Below are positions 18,719 through 30,200 of a stretch of 64,000 bases of DNA, piece after piece. The first letter of the stretch is position 1; each line of letters starts with the position of its first letter. The translations under genes were made by a program, and so were the position numbers. Below the pieces are notes generated by a model. The model was not told the origin of the DNA. It worked only from the letters and a program-made list of their open reading frames with translations, and did no database searches. The stretch is from Clostridia bacterium (GTDB taxonomy: Bacteria > Bacillota > Clostridia > CAKSNL01 > HGM11501), in assembly GCA_045588365.1 (NCBI GenBank), contig JAZNEB010000024.1, forward strand, positions 114,854 through 178,853. The letters run 5' to 3'.

Positions 18719-18995
18719 CTTGCTTTTTTCTACATTATATGTTAGAATGTTTTATAATGTAAAAAAGCTATGAACGGGAAAGTAAGTTTTTCATTTTCTG
18801 TAAAGAGAGGGAGTGCCGTGGGCTGAAAGCCTCCCCGTGAAAAGAAATTCCGAAGTTCGCCCGGGAGCTGCATTTCTGAAACCAAGTAGGATTTGCCGTT
18901 TTGCCTTGCGTCAAAGGATTAAAGTGCCTTTTTTAAGGAATTAGGGTGGTACCGCGGATTTTTTCGTCCCTGCTTTTGCAGGGACTTATTTTTTT
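18719..18995 (+). promoter_or_regulatory. T-box riboswitch leader (Phe specifier) with promoter and terminator, upstream of pheS-pheT
   Basis: Promoter TTGCTT-17-TGTTAGAAT; stem I with an AGAGA GA-motif; UUC present in a candidate specifier loop (gaaattccgaaguucgcc); canonical T-box AATTAGGGTGGTACCGCG at 18939-18956; terminator GUCCCUGC-UUUU-GCAGGGAC plus U9 at 18966-18995. Confidence 0.8.
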
Positions 18996-19017
18996 ATTAT
19001 ACCAAAGGAGTGTTAAA

Positions 19018-20037
19018 ATGAAACAACAGCTCGAACAAATCAAACAGGAGGCAATTTCTGCTCTTGAAAATGCCCACCTTATGTCTGAAATTGAAGATTT
19101 CAGAATTGCCTTCTTAGGTAAAAAGGGAAAGCTTACATCTGTTTTAAGAGGAATGGGTGCTCTTTCTCCCGAAGAAAGGCCCGTTATCGGACAGATGGCA
19201 AACGAAATAAGAGAATTTATTGAAAAGAACGTTGAAGAAAGGAAGGGTGCAATCCTTAAAGAGGAGAAATCCAGAAAGCTTCGTGAAGAAATTATTGACG
19301 TAACTCTTCCCGGCAAGAGAAAGAACAGTGCAAATCTCCACCCCCTTGCAAAGGTGTCAAGAGACCTTGAAAACATCTTTTTGGGAATGGGCTTTTCCAT
19401 CGTTGAAGGACCCGACGTGGAGTACGACCACTATTGCTTTGAGGCCTTAAATATGCCTAAGGACCATCCTGCAAGAGACACTCAGGATACCTTCTATATT
19501 ACAGAGAACATTCTTCTTCGTACCCAGACTTCTTCCGTACAGATAAGAACCATGGAAAATCAGAAGCCGCCCATAAGAATTATCTCCCCCGGCAGAGTTT
19601 ACCGTTCCGACACGGTGGATGCCACTCATTCTCCCCTTTTCCATCAGCTTGAAGGGCTTGTAATTGACAAGGGCATCACCATGAGCGATCTGGTGGGAAC
19701 ACTTGAAACCTTTGTAAAATCCTTATACGGCGACGATATTAAAATCCGTTTCCGTCCCCACCACTTCCCCTACACTGAGCCCAGTGCCGAGGTTGACATG
19801 TCCTGCTTTGCCTGCGGACAGAAGGGCTGTCCCATCTGTAAGGGCGAAGGCTGGATTGAAATCTTAGGCTGCGGTATGGTTCACGAAAAGGTTTTGGAGG
19901 ATGCAGGAATTGACCCCAAGGTATATTCCGGCTTTGCTTTCGGTATTGGTCTTGAACGAGTTGCCATGATGAAATATGATATTGATGATATGCGTCTGCT
20001 TTACGAAAACGATGTTCGTTTTCTCAAGCAGTTTTAA
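19018..20037 (+). CDS. pheS: Phenylalanyl-tRNA synthetase alpha subunit
   Basis: [20 protein letters not shown]... through class II core motifs ([30 protein letters not shown]). The ORF-track start at 18946 overlaps the T-box terminator, so the true start is the ATG at 19018 with RBS AAAGGAG. Confidence 0.95.
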   Translation: MKQQLEQIKQEAISALENAHLMSEIEDFRIAFLGKKGKLTSVLRGMGALSPEERPVIGQMANEIREFIEKNVEERKGAILKEEKSRKLREEIIDVTLPGKRKNSANLHPLAKVSRDLENIFLGMGFSIVEGPDVEYDHYCFEALNMPKDHPARDTQDTFYITENILLRTQTSSVQIRTMENQKPPIRIISPGRVYRSDTVDATHSPLFHQLEGLVIDKGITMSDLVGTLETFVKSLYGDDIKIRFRPHHFPYTEPSAEVDMSCFACGQKGCPICKGEGWIEILGCGMVHEKVLEDAGIDPKVYSGFAFGIGLERVAMMKYDIDDMRLLYENDVRFLKQF

Positions 20038-20051
20038 AGGAGGTGCCTTAA

Positions 20052-22430
20052 ATGAATTTACCTTTAAGCTGGCTTAAAGACTACATGGATATAAATTTAG
20101 ACGATGTAAAAGGCTTTTGTGATGCCATGACAATGTCAGGCTCCAAGGTTGAAACCTTTGAGGAGCTTGGAAACAAGTTTTCAAATGTTGTTACAGGCAA
20201 AATCGAATCCATCGTTCCCCATCCCGATTCTGACCACATGGTTATCTGTATGGTAAACGTGGGAACAGAAACCTTGAAAATCGTAACAGGCGCTCCCAAT
20301 GCAAAAGAAGGTGCAACCGTTGCAGTTGCCATGATTGGTGCAGTTTTACCGGGAGATTTCAAAATAAAGAAGTCCCGTCTCCGTGGAGAGGATTCTTTCG
20401 GTATGCTCTGCTCCCACGACGAACTGGGACTTTCCTTCGCCGATGTTCCCGGCGCCTCTGAAGACGGAATTATTCTTTTCCCTGAGGAAATGAACTTACC
20501 CTTAGGCCTTGATGTAAAAAAGGCTTTAGGTCTTGACGAAGTGGTGGTTGAATTTGAAATCACCCCCAACAGACCCGACTGTCTTTCCATCAACGGTCTT
20601 GCAAGAGAGGCTGCGGCAACCTTCCGTATTCCCTTTAATATGCCCAAGGTGGAAGTTAAAGGTTCGGGCGGAGACGTAAATGACTATGCCAAGGTTTCCG
20701 TTTTAGCTCCCGACCTTTGCCCCAGATATGCTGCGAGAGTTGTTAAAAATGTAAAAATCGAACCCTCTCCCGCCTGGATGCAGAAGCGTTTGTCCGCTGC
20801 AGGTCTTCGCCCCATAAACAATATAGTTGACATAACAAACTATATCTTACTTGAATATGGTCAGCCCATGCACGCCTTTGACTTAGAATTCTTAGAGGGC
20901 AGAGAAATCATTGTCCGCCGTGCCAAAGACGGTGAAACCATCAAGACCTTAGATGAGCAGGACAGAACCTTAACAAGCGAAAATCTGGTTATTTCCGATG
21001 CCAAAAAGGCAGTTGCCGTTGCAGGTGTTATGGGCGGCTTCAATTCTGAAATTACCGAAAATACTAAGGCAATATTGTTTGAATGTGCCAACTTCTTCGG
21101 TCCTTCCGTAAGAAGAACAGCATCTTCCATTGGCCTTCGAACCGACGCTTCCGCAAAGTATGAAAAGGGTCTTGACCCCGAAAATGTACTTCCTGCACTT
21201 AACCGTGCCTGCCAGCTTATCGAAATGCTTGGAGCAGGTGAGGTTGTTGACGGAATTATCGACGTAAACAATTCAGAAAAGTTTGAAAAGAAAATTCCTT
21301 TCAGTCCCGAGAGAATCAATAAGTTTTTAGGCATGAATATCTCGGAAGAATTTATGATTGACGTTCTTACCCGTCTTGAGCTTAAGGTTGAAGATGGCTA
21401 TTGCCATATTCCCTCTTTCAGAAGTGATATTTACGGCGAGGCTGATATTGCCGAGGAAGTTATGAGAATGTACGGCTATGACAAGATTAACCACACACTT
21501 CCCGTAGCTCAGGTTACAAGCGCCCTTAGAACACCCAGACAGAAATTGGAATGTCTCTTATCTGATACATTGGCATCCTTTGGCTACTATCAGATTATGA
21601 CCTATAGCTTCACAGATCCCAAGCTTTTGTCCTATGTAAATGAAGATTCTGATAAAGCAATTCATCTTTCAAATCCTCTGGGCGTTGAAAACTCTGTAAT
21701 GAGAACAAGCATCCTTTCAAGCCTTCTTGAAATTTTGTCCACAAACTACCGTTACAGAAATCCTGCAGCACAGCTTTTTGAAATCGGAACGGTTTATCTT
21801 CCCAAGAGTCTCCCCTTAGAGGAGCTTCCCGTAGAAAAGAAGCTTATCGCACTGGGATGCTACGGAAAAGACTGCGACTATCTTACCATTAAGGGCACGG
21901 TTGAAGAACTTTTGGAGGAAGCAGGAATTTATAACTATTCCTTTGAAAGGGCATCTGAAGAAGCTTGCTTCCATCCCGGAAAAGCCGCTTATATCTATGC
22001 AGGAGATAAGAAAATCGGTATTTTGGGCGAAGTTCATCCCGACGTTTTGGAAAAGTTTGAAATTGAAGACAGAGCCTATGTCTGCGAAATGGACTTTGAG
22101 GAAGTTTTCGCACTTTCAAACGATTCTCCCAAGTATAAAAAGGTTGCAAAAATGCCTGCTATCCAGCGTGATATTGCAGTTTTGGTGGATAAGGAAGTTC
22201 CCGTTGCCAAAATCAGGGACATCATTGTAAAAACCTCAGGAAAGAACTTAGAATCCGTTACTCTCTTTGACGTATATGAGGGCAAGCAGATTCCCGAGGG
22301 CAAAAAGAGCGTTGCTTACAATGCTGTTTACAGAAGTGCAACCGAAACCTTAAAGGACGAGGAAATAAGCCGTATCTTTAATAAAATAATAAAGAACTTA
22401 GAGCGTGAACTTGGCGCTGAGTTACGATAA
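20052..22430 (+). CDS. pheT: Phenylalanyl-tRNA synthetase beta subunit
   Basis: 792 aa with tRNA-binding, B3/B4, B5 and ferredoxin-fold anticodon-binding regions, directly downstream of pheS. Confidence 0.95.
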   Translation: MNLPLSWLKDYMDINLDDVKGFCDAMTMSGSKVETFEELGNKFSNVVTGKIESIVPHPDSDHMVICMVNVGTETLKIVTGAPNAKEGATVAVAMIGAVLPGDFKIKKSRLRGEDSFGMLCSHDELGLSFADVPGASEDGIILFPEEMNLPLGLDVKKALGLDEVVVEFEITPNRPDCLSINGLAREAAATFRIPFNMPKVEVKGSGGDVNDYAKVSVLAPDLCPRYAARVVKNVKIEPSPAWMQKRLSAAGLRPINNIVDITNYILLEYGQPMHAFDLEFLEGREIIVRRAKDGETIKTLDEQDRTLTSENLVISDAKKAVAVAGVMGGFNSEITENTKAILFECANFFGPSVRRTASSIGLRTDASAKYEKGLDPENVLPALNRACQLIEMLGAGEVVDGIIDVNNSEKFEKKIPFSPERINKFLGMNISEEFMIDVLTRLELKVEDGYCHIPSFRSDIYGEADIAEEVMRMYGYDKINHTLPVAQVTSALRTPRQKLECLLSDTLASFGYYQIMTYSFTDPKLLSYVNEDSDKAIHLSNPLGVENSVMRTSILSSLLEILSTNYRYRNPAAQLFEIGTVYLPKSLPLEELPVEKKLIALGCYGKDCDYLTIKGTVEELLEEAGIYNYSFERASEEACFHPGKAAYIYAGDKKIGILGEVHPDVLEKFEIEDRAYVCEMDFEEVFALSNDSPKYKKVAKMPAIQRDIAVLVDKEVPVAKIRDIIVKTSGKNLESVTLFDVYEGKQIPEGKKSVAYNAVYRSATETLKDEEISRIFNKIIKNLERELGAELR

Positions 22431-22436
22431 ATAATA

Positions 22437-22462
22437 AGCACCGCCTTTGGCGGTGCTTATCA
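22437..22462. terminator. Palindromic terminator AAGCACCGCC-TTT-GGCGGTGCTT (copy 1 of 3 in the window)
   Basis: 8-bp GC-rich stem; near-identical copies at 54944-54970 and 60281-60312. Confidence 0.6.
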
Positions 22463-22481
22463 AAAATGAAAGGAATAAGCC

Positions 22482-23219
22482 ATGTCTGTTTGCATTAAGG
22501 CGAGGGTTGAGTCCTATGATGTTACCCCCGGTAATTTAATTCGTCAGTCATCAGTTTTCCGTCTTTGCCAAAAGGCTGCCTGCGACGATTTGGATAATTT
22601 CGGAGGAAGCTTTGAAAAGCTCCTTGAAAACAACCTTGCTTTTGTAATTACAAAAATGGAAATCACCTATTTCAAGGACATAAAAACCTATGACGAAATA
22701 GAAGTAATTTCCCGTCCCAGAGGAATTTCAGGTCCCGCTTTTATAAGGGACTATGAGATCACAAAAAACGGAGAAAGGCTTGCTTACGCTTCCTCTTACT
22801 GGGTTTTGATTGACGTTGCCAAAAGGAAATTCAAAAGACCTTCATCCCTTGAGGGGATTTGCGAAATTGTTCCCGATATGGAAAACATCTATCCCATGGA
22901 AATGAAAAAAATCCACTTGGACACAAAAGAAATGGAAAAGGTTGATGAAAGACGGGTATACTATGGAAGCATTGACAGAAACAACCACATGAATAACACC
23001 TTCTATCCCGATATTCTTTTTGACTATCTACCCTCAGGATTTTTAGACACCCTTACGGGAAAAACCATAACAATCCAGTACAGCTCCGAAATTCTTTTGG
23101 GCGAAAGCTTCACGGTTTATACAAAAGAAGACGGAAATGACTTTTTCCTTTGTGCCAGAAACGAAGAGTCCCAAAAGGATATTTTTTCTGCACAGATTAC
23201 ACTAAGTAAAAAGGACTGA
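22482..23219 (+). CDS. Acyl-ACP thioesterase
   Basis: 245 aa, double hotdog-fold pattern of the acyl-ACP thioesterase family (…LAFVITKMEITYFKDIK…NNHMNNTFYPDIL…). Confidence 0.75.
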   Translation: MSVCIKARVESYDVTPGNLIRQSSVFRLCQKAACDDLDNFGGSFEKLLENNLAFVITKMEITYFKDIKTYDEIEVISRPRGISGPAFIRDYEITKNGERLAYASSYWVLIDVAKRKFKRPSSLEGICEIVPDMENIYPMEMKKIHLDTKEMEKVDERRVYYGSIDRNNHMNNTFYPDILFDYLPSGFLDTLTGKTITIQYSSEILLGESFTVYTKEDGNDFFLCARNEESQKDIFSAQITLSKKD

Positions 23220-23223
23220 TATA

Positions 23224-24204
23224 ATGATAAATATAGCTATTGCGGGCTACGGAAATTTAGGACGTGGCGTTGAATGTGCCATAAAGCAGAATCCTGACCT
23301 TTCTCTTTACGGGGTTTTCTCAAGAAGAAATCCCGATAGCGTAAAGACCTTAACCGGTGCTTCTGTCTATGCCATGGACGATATATTAAATCACAAGGAG
23401 AATATTGACGTTTTGATTATCTGCGGAGGAAGTGCAACGGACCTTCCCGTTCAGACCCCCTCCCTCGCAAAGCATTTCAATGTGGTGGACAGCTTTGACA
23501 ATCATGCAAACATTCCCGCTCACTTTGAAAATGTGGATAAGGCGGCAAAAGAGGGTAAAAATGTTGCCATGATTTCCGTAGGCTGGGACCCCGGTATGTT
23601 CTCCTTAAACCGCCTTTACGCCTCTGCTATTCTTCCCCAGGGCAATGATTATACATTCTGGGGAAAAGGTGTCAGCCAGGGCCATTCTGACGCTATAAGA
23701 CGTATTTCGGGGATTTTGGATGCAAAGCAGTACACCATTCCCTTAGAAGAAGCATTAAATGCCGTAAGAAGCGGAGAAAATCCTACACTCACAGCACGCC
23801 AGAAGCATAAGAGAGAATGCTTTGTTGTTGCAGAGGAGGGCGCTGATTTAGAGCGTATCGAAAGAGAAATCAAGACCATGCCCAACTATTTCGAGCCTTA
23901 TGATACTACCGTTCATTTCATTTCCATGGAGGAAATGAAGAAAAACCACAATACTCTTCCCCATGGGGGCTTCGTTATAAGAAGCGGAAAAACAGGGCTT
24001 ATCGGCGAAAACACCGAAATTATAGAGTACAGCTTAAAGCTTGACTCCAACCCCGAATTTACCGCATCCGTTTTAGTTTGCTTTGCAAGGGCGGTTTACC
24101 GCCTGAAAAAGGATGGTCAGACAGGCGGAAAAACAGTGTTTGATGTACCTCCCTCCTACCTTTCAGCCGAAAGTGCAGAAAATTTAAGAGCACATCTTTT
24201 ATAA
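23224..24204 (+). CDS. ddh: meso-Diaminopimelate D-dehydrogenase
   Basis: MINIAIAGYGNLGRGVECAIK...VGWDPGMFSLNRLYA...FWGKGVSQGHSDAIRRI...KHKRECFVV...LPHGGFVIRSG..., co-linear with the Corynebacterium-type Ddh. Confidence 0.85.
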   Translation: MINIAIAGYGNLGRGVECAIKQNPDLSLYGVFSRRNPDSVKTLTGASVYAMDDILNHKENIDVLIICGGSATDLPVQTPSLAKHFNVVDSFDNHANIPAHFENVDKAAKEGKNVAMISVGWDPGMFSLNRLYASAILPQGNDYTFWGKGVSQGHSDAIRRISGILDAKQYTIPLEEALNAVRSGENPTLTARQKHKRECFVVAEEGADLERIEREIKTMPNYFEPYDTTVHFISMEEMKKNHNTLPHGGFVIRSGKTGLIGENTEIIEYSLKLDSNPEFTASVLVCFARAVYRLKKDGQTGGKTVFDVPPSYLSAESAENLRAHLL

Positions 24205-24207
24205 AAT

Positions 24208-24241
24208 AAAAGGTATAAGGATTAATCCTTATACCTTTTAT
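24208..24241. terminator. Bidirectional terminator between ddh and the giant SLH gene
   Basis: AAAAGGTATAAGGAT-TAA-TCCTTATACCTTTT perfect palindrome. Confidence 0.6.
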
Positions 24242-24286
24242 TATGCAAAAAATATCCCAAGGCTTCTGCCTTGGGATATTTTAATT

Positions 24287-27200
24287 TTATCTGCCTAAGA
24301 GATTCATTAATCTGGTAAGCATAACTACTGCTTCTGCTCTGGTAGCTTCCTTCTTAGCACCGAAGGTTCCGTCGGGGTATCCTGAGATAACGCCCTTGTC
24401 AGCTGCCCAGTTAACCTGGTAGTTTGCATAGGTGGAAATTTCAGCCTTATCAGCAAAGCTTGCTTCGCCTGAGATTTCCCACTCTGCTCCAACCTTGGTA
24501 GCATAACGGTAAATCATGGTTGCCATCTGTTCTCTTGTAATCTTTGCATAGGGTGAGAATGTGTCTTCAGTAGTACCCATTGTGATACCCTGATTTACTG
24601 CCCATGCAACTGCATTAGCGAACCAGTCGCCTACATTTACGTCTGCAAAGTTCTCAGAGCCGTCTGATGTCTGACCTGATATCTTATAAAGAATCTGGCA
24701 GAACTCAGCTCTTGTAATATCGCTGTCGGGGTCAAAGGCTGTCTCTGACTTACCGTTTACGATATAGTCAACATACATATTGCTGATGGCTTCCTTAGCC
24801 CAGTGATTCTGAATGTCAGCAAGGTCTGTTGCCTGACGAACCTTTCTTACATAGGGATATACTGTCAGGCTGCCTGTAACTCCTGTGTTTGCATAAGGAA
24901 CTGTGTAAGCAGCGTCAAGATACCAGCCTACAAATTCGTATCCTGCCTCTACAGCGGGAGCTGAAAGAACTGTGCCCTTGGTAACTGCCTGTGTTCCGAC
25001 ACCTGAAATTACAACCTGGAACTTATCGCTTACGCCGCCGAAGCCGCCGCCACCGAAGCTTTCAGGCTTATCGTCATCGGATGAGTCGCCTCCGCCGCCC
25101 TGAGGTCTCTGAGGCTGACCGCCTGACTGCTTGAGTTCCCAAACAGCAACGAATGTCACGTCTTCATCAGGCATTACGAATGGGTCGCCTGCGCTGTAAA
25201 GAGTATATTCTTCTCCTTCTGCTACAACCTCTCCAGTCCAGTTCCAGCCCTTAAAGGTATAGCCAGTAAGCTTAAGGCTGCTTGATGCGATGGTGATTTC
25301 GTCGCCTTCCATATAGAACTTGGAAGCGGGAACGGTTCCCTTTGCACCGTGTTCGTCAACGTAGGTTACCTTACGACGGGTAACACCCTCTGCATCAGCA
25401 ATGATGTGAATGTCGCCTCTTGCGTTGAATATTGTAATTACACCGATTTCATCGCCGGGATTTAAGCTCATAAGAGATACTTCGCCGGGAACGGTTGTCT
25501 TTACATAAGAGAAGTCAAGACCGCATACAAGAACGTGTCCGTCCTGTGTGATTTCGGTAATTTCGTTGGGAAGCTCCTCTCCCTCGTGAGCTACCAATGT
25601 AACCTCTAAGGTTTCACCCTTTGTAGCTGTCGTAGGAGTATCAGCTGTTGTGGAAAGACCAACTAAGTCGGTTGTTACCTTAACTTCGCCGGGAGCAACG
25701 GCAACTGTACTTACCTTAACAACTGCATCTGCATAAAGGTCAGCAATCTTGAATTCTTCTGTCTTTGTACCCTTTCTTGTAACCTCACCCTTAACAGCAA
25801 CGTTCTTTTCTGTTGCTACTCTTTCAATAAGGTTGATGTCGGCAACGGAGAAGTTGGAGTTTCCTCTCTTCATCCAGATATAAAGACCGTCCAATTCAAT
25901 GGGATCAAATGTGATTGCCTGAAGTGTTTCATTTGCTAAAAGAGTACCTGTCTTGAAGGGAGTGTCAGCAATAACGCTGTCAACTATTGCATAGAGCTTA
26001 TATTCTCTTACGCCCTGTCCTGCTGCATAAGCATTGGGGCTTGTTAAGTGAATTCTGTGCTGCCAGCTCATGGAAGAAAGTGTAACTCTTCTTCCGAATA
26101 TAGCGGTAATATCAAGGTCGTTATTTACAGAGTCGTAGCTTCCGCCATGACCTGCTGTATCGGACCAGACATCAGTTGTATTGTTGTTATCAAATGCTCT
26201 GTGGATACCGTAGTCTCTGCCGGAATTTCTAAAGCCATTTGTGGTAAGAGTCCATGTATCATCAAACAGCAAGGGCTTTTCTTCATAGGTAGTCTGGATG
26301 TTTTCTTCGATTTCCCATACAGCCTCATATCCGTCTTCTATGATGGTTGCAACAAATACTGTATCCTCATGACGCTTTGCATCGAAGGGAGATACTGAAA
26401 CCTCACCAATTACTTCGCCTGTTTCCTTATCTACTCTCTTAGCAATAACTGTTACGTTAGCATCCTGAGAACCGAATGTTACAGAGTGGATTTCTTCTTC
26501 CACATAGCCTGCGGGAACACTTACGTCATCGCCCATAACAAAGCTCATAACGAAGTCGAATTCTTCGGGAAGAACTGAGCTTCCGTTATCTAAGAAGAAG
26601 TCCTTTGTGATAACGATTGTCTCGCCCTGTGTATTGATGTAGGAGGGGTCAACTGTGGTAATTACTTCGCCCTCTGCCACAACCCTGATTGCCGAAAGAG
26701 CAACTGCATCGTTGTAAACTACGCCGAAGGACACATCCCTGGGGTCAGTCTCTGAGAAGAGAGCTCTCTCTCCCTCAAAGGTGATTTCTGCAGGATTCAA
26801 GCTTCTTCCTGAACCGGGCTTGTAGAGACAGATTTCCATTATACTTGTAGGATTGGAAGTGGTAACAATGCAAAGTCTTAAGTATCTTGCAGTTACGTTT
26901 ACTTCCTCGCCGTTTATCATAAACTTGATGTCGTCGTAGGAATTTTTGTTTGAGCCCTTATCAAGAGTTGCCTTCCAGGTGTCTGAGGTGAGCCAGTTTA
27001 CACCGTCGTTTGATACCTGGAGATAAGCCTTATTCATTGTCTGACCGAACTGACGGTTTCCTCCGCTTACCCATACTCTGTGATATACTCTTACACCCGA
27101 GAAGGTGTGAGGAATCTGATAGTCAATTTCGATAACGGGATATGCCCCTGTTGTGCTGTCAGAGTAAATTTCAGCTGCTGCACTTTCAACTGTAAAGCCG

Positions 27201-30200
27201 CTGGATTTAAGCTTCTTGTCGTCATCGGAGTTTGTCATAATTTTTCCGTCGGCAGTTCTTCTTACAACACCTCTGTCAATGAGGTTTCCTACTCCGCCGC
27301 CGTTGGAATAGCCTGATACATACTTGATTGTGTTTGCGAAGTTATAGGGAAGAACTTCATCACTAAACAGCTTTTCACCGAAGCTTACATTAAGTACGGC
27401 AGACATTTCGCCGCCAAATACTTCGATTGTTGTTGCTACACCTGCAGTCTTTATTGCACTCAGTGCGCCCTTCTTGATGGTGAGCTTCATTGTTTCTGCA
27501 TCAAATGTATAGTTGGATGAAGAAACTGTCGCTCCGCCAACCTTAACGCCTGTTACGGGAAGGTCGGTATAAACAACAACTTCTTCATTTGCATTTGCCT
27601 TCTCAAGAGTTACAGAGGTCATAACGCCGCCGAACTCATTGTAAATTCTGAGAGAAGGTGCAAGGAATCTGATTGATGCCGCTGTAGCATACTGCGTATT
27701 TGAGATATAAATTCTTAAGTATCTTACTTCTGCATTCTTAGAGAAGCTGAGGTCGGTAGTTCTTGCACTGCCTGTTGCCTTTCCGTCGTAAAGCTTCTCC
27801 CATGTTTCAAAGTCATCAGAGCCAAAGATTTCAACCTTGGACCAGTTAGGCTGATACTTTCCTCCTTCATATCTTGCATAGTAACGAAGACCGCCGATTT
27901 CTGCTGTAGCACCAAAGTCGATGTCAAGATAATGGTTGTTGCCTTCGTTTGTTTCACCGTGGTAACGGTAACCACCTGTTAATTCTGCCAATGTTGATCT
28001 GAAGAATGCATTTACGGGGTGGTTTGCTCCCGCATTGTTCCATACAGAGTCAGGTCTTACTGCAAAATCGGGATATTCTGTGATGATATCAATTTCATCT
28101 GAAGCAAAGGTAGCATCGGTAGATAATGCATTTGCCTTTGTTGCCCAGTAACCCGAAAGAATTACCGAATAGGTGAGATATGAATTGTCCTCAAACTTAA
28201 CCAAAAGCTGAAGCTTTCCTGTTTCAAGACCCAACGCCTTATATACGTCAAATGCCTTACGGAAGTCGCTTCTTCCGATTGTAATTGTTTCTTCATTTGC
28301 TGTGAAGGGAATTACAGTTCCGTCAGATTTCAATACTACCTTGGTAACTGAAAGACCCTTTATGTTCTTAAGCTCAAGCTTTTCTGTTCTTGCTACAGAA
28401 GTGCCATTGTAGTAGCTGAACTTGAACTCGGTCTCTGTGCAGTCGTTAACCTTCAAGGTGGTCTCACTTACTTCGCCGCCTGCGAAATAAACCTTTAAGG
28501 GATATGTTCCAACTTCAAATTCTAAGAAGTATTCCTGGTCGATCGTAATTTTGTCTGCTTCAACCAGATATCTGGTGTTGGAAATTTCTTCTCCGTTAAA
28601 TTCAACCTTGGAAATTGCCTTTCCTGAAGGATAGGTAATATAGTTAACAACAACGTCTTCCTGAAGCTCGGGAGCACCCTTTTCAAACTCTAAAGTGCCC
28701 AATATTCTTGAAGAAGGCTTTAAGATACGGATAGCATTTGCTGTGGGATAGCCTGTATTACCGATATAGATTCTTAAGTATCTTACTTCGGTATTGCCAT
28801 CAAACCACAAATCGTTAATTCTTTCGCTTGTTGCGGAGCCTTCATAAAGGGTTTCCCAAGTTTCAAAGTCAGTTGAACCGGAAATTACAATCTGGCTCCA
28901 GTTGGGATCCAAGAAGGGAAGTCCGGTGGTGCCGTTGGTAGCAATTCTTGCAATGTAACGAACGCCGCCTACGGTTACGTTTTCACCGAAATCAACATCA
29001 AGGTAGTGGTTTCTTCCTTCATCGGTTGAAGCATGATAACGCTGACCTGCAGCCTCCTCTGAGATTTCTTCCTGGAAGAATGCGCCTGCAGGATGGTTAC
29101 TTACAGCATTGTTCCATACAGAGTCGGGTCTTATTGCGAAGTTTTCATAGTCAAGAATGTTAATTTCATCTGTATCAAAGGTTGCATTTACTGTCAAAAC
29201 ACCTGTCAAATCTGCTGCTGTTACCCAATCACCGGAAATGGTAATGGTATAAGTTAAGGTTGTATCATCCTCGAAGGTAACTACTACCTTATGCGCACCT
29301 TCTTCCAATCCCATTGCTGCATATACGTCAAATGCCTGACGGAATGCTGTTCTTGTGATTGTGATATTGCTTGTGTTTGCAGTAAAGGGAATTTCAACTG
29401 TTTCATCTTCAAAGAGAGTAACCTTGGTTACGTTAAGTCCCTTTACGTTATTGAGAACTATTTCTTCTGTTCTTCTGACTGAAGTTCCTGACAAGTAGGA
29501 GAACTTAAATTCTGTCATTAAGCTGTTTGCAACCTTAAGCGTTGCGGTAACAGGATCAGCAATATCATTAAAGTAAAGCTTAAGTTCATAGTCGCCTATA
29601 TTCATTCCAACTAAGCTTTCCTTTTTGATTGTAACTGTTCCGTATTCACCAATAAAGTAATCCTCGGAAGAAATTTCTTCTCCTTCAAGTTCAATCTTGG
29701 AAAGAGTCTTTCCGGAAGGATAGGTTACATAGTTAATTACAACATCATCTGCAATCTCTGTTGCTCCTGCTTCAAAACGTAATTCATTTGTTACTCTCGA
29801 GGTGGGCTTCAAGAAGCTTAAGGAGTTTGCTGTTACGTGAGCATTTACACCCTCGATGTAAATTCTTACATATCTTACGCTTGCATTGTCGCTAAATCCA
29901 AACTCGTTTATTCTCTGGCCGTTATTTGCAGCCCCTTCATAAAGCTTTGTCCATGTTTCAAAGTTTGTAGAACCGTAGATTATAACCTTCTTCCAGTCGG
30001 GAGTATAGTTTCCGCTTTCAAGCCTTGCCTGATAGCGCAAGCCGCCTACGGTTACAGTTTCACCGAAGTCAACATCGATATAGTGGAGCTTTCCTTCGGT
30101 TGTTTCGGCGTGGTAGTTATATCCGGTTACACCCTCTGCCGCTCTGGGATAGAAGAATGAGCTCATGGGATGGTTTTTCCATGCGTTATTCCATACAGAG

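Noticed and set aside
18946-19017. Upstream extension of pheS ([24 protein letters not shown])
   Set aside because: It overlaps the T-box terminator and poly-T. The RBS AAAGGAG and the ATG at 19018 give the conserved PheS N terminus.
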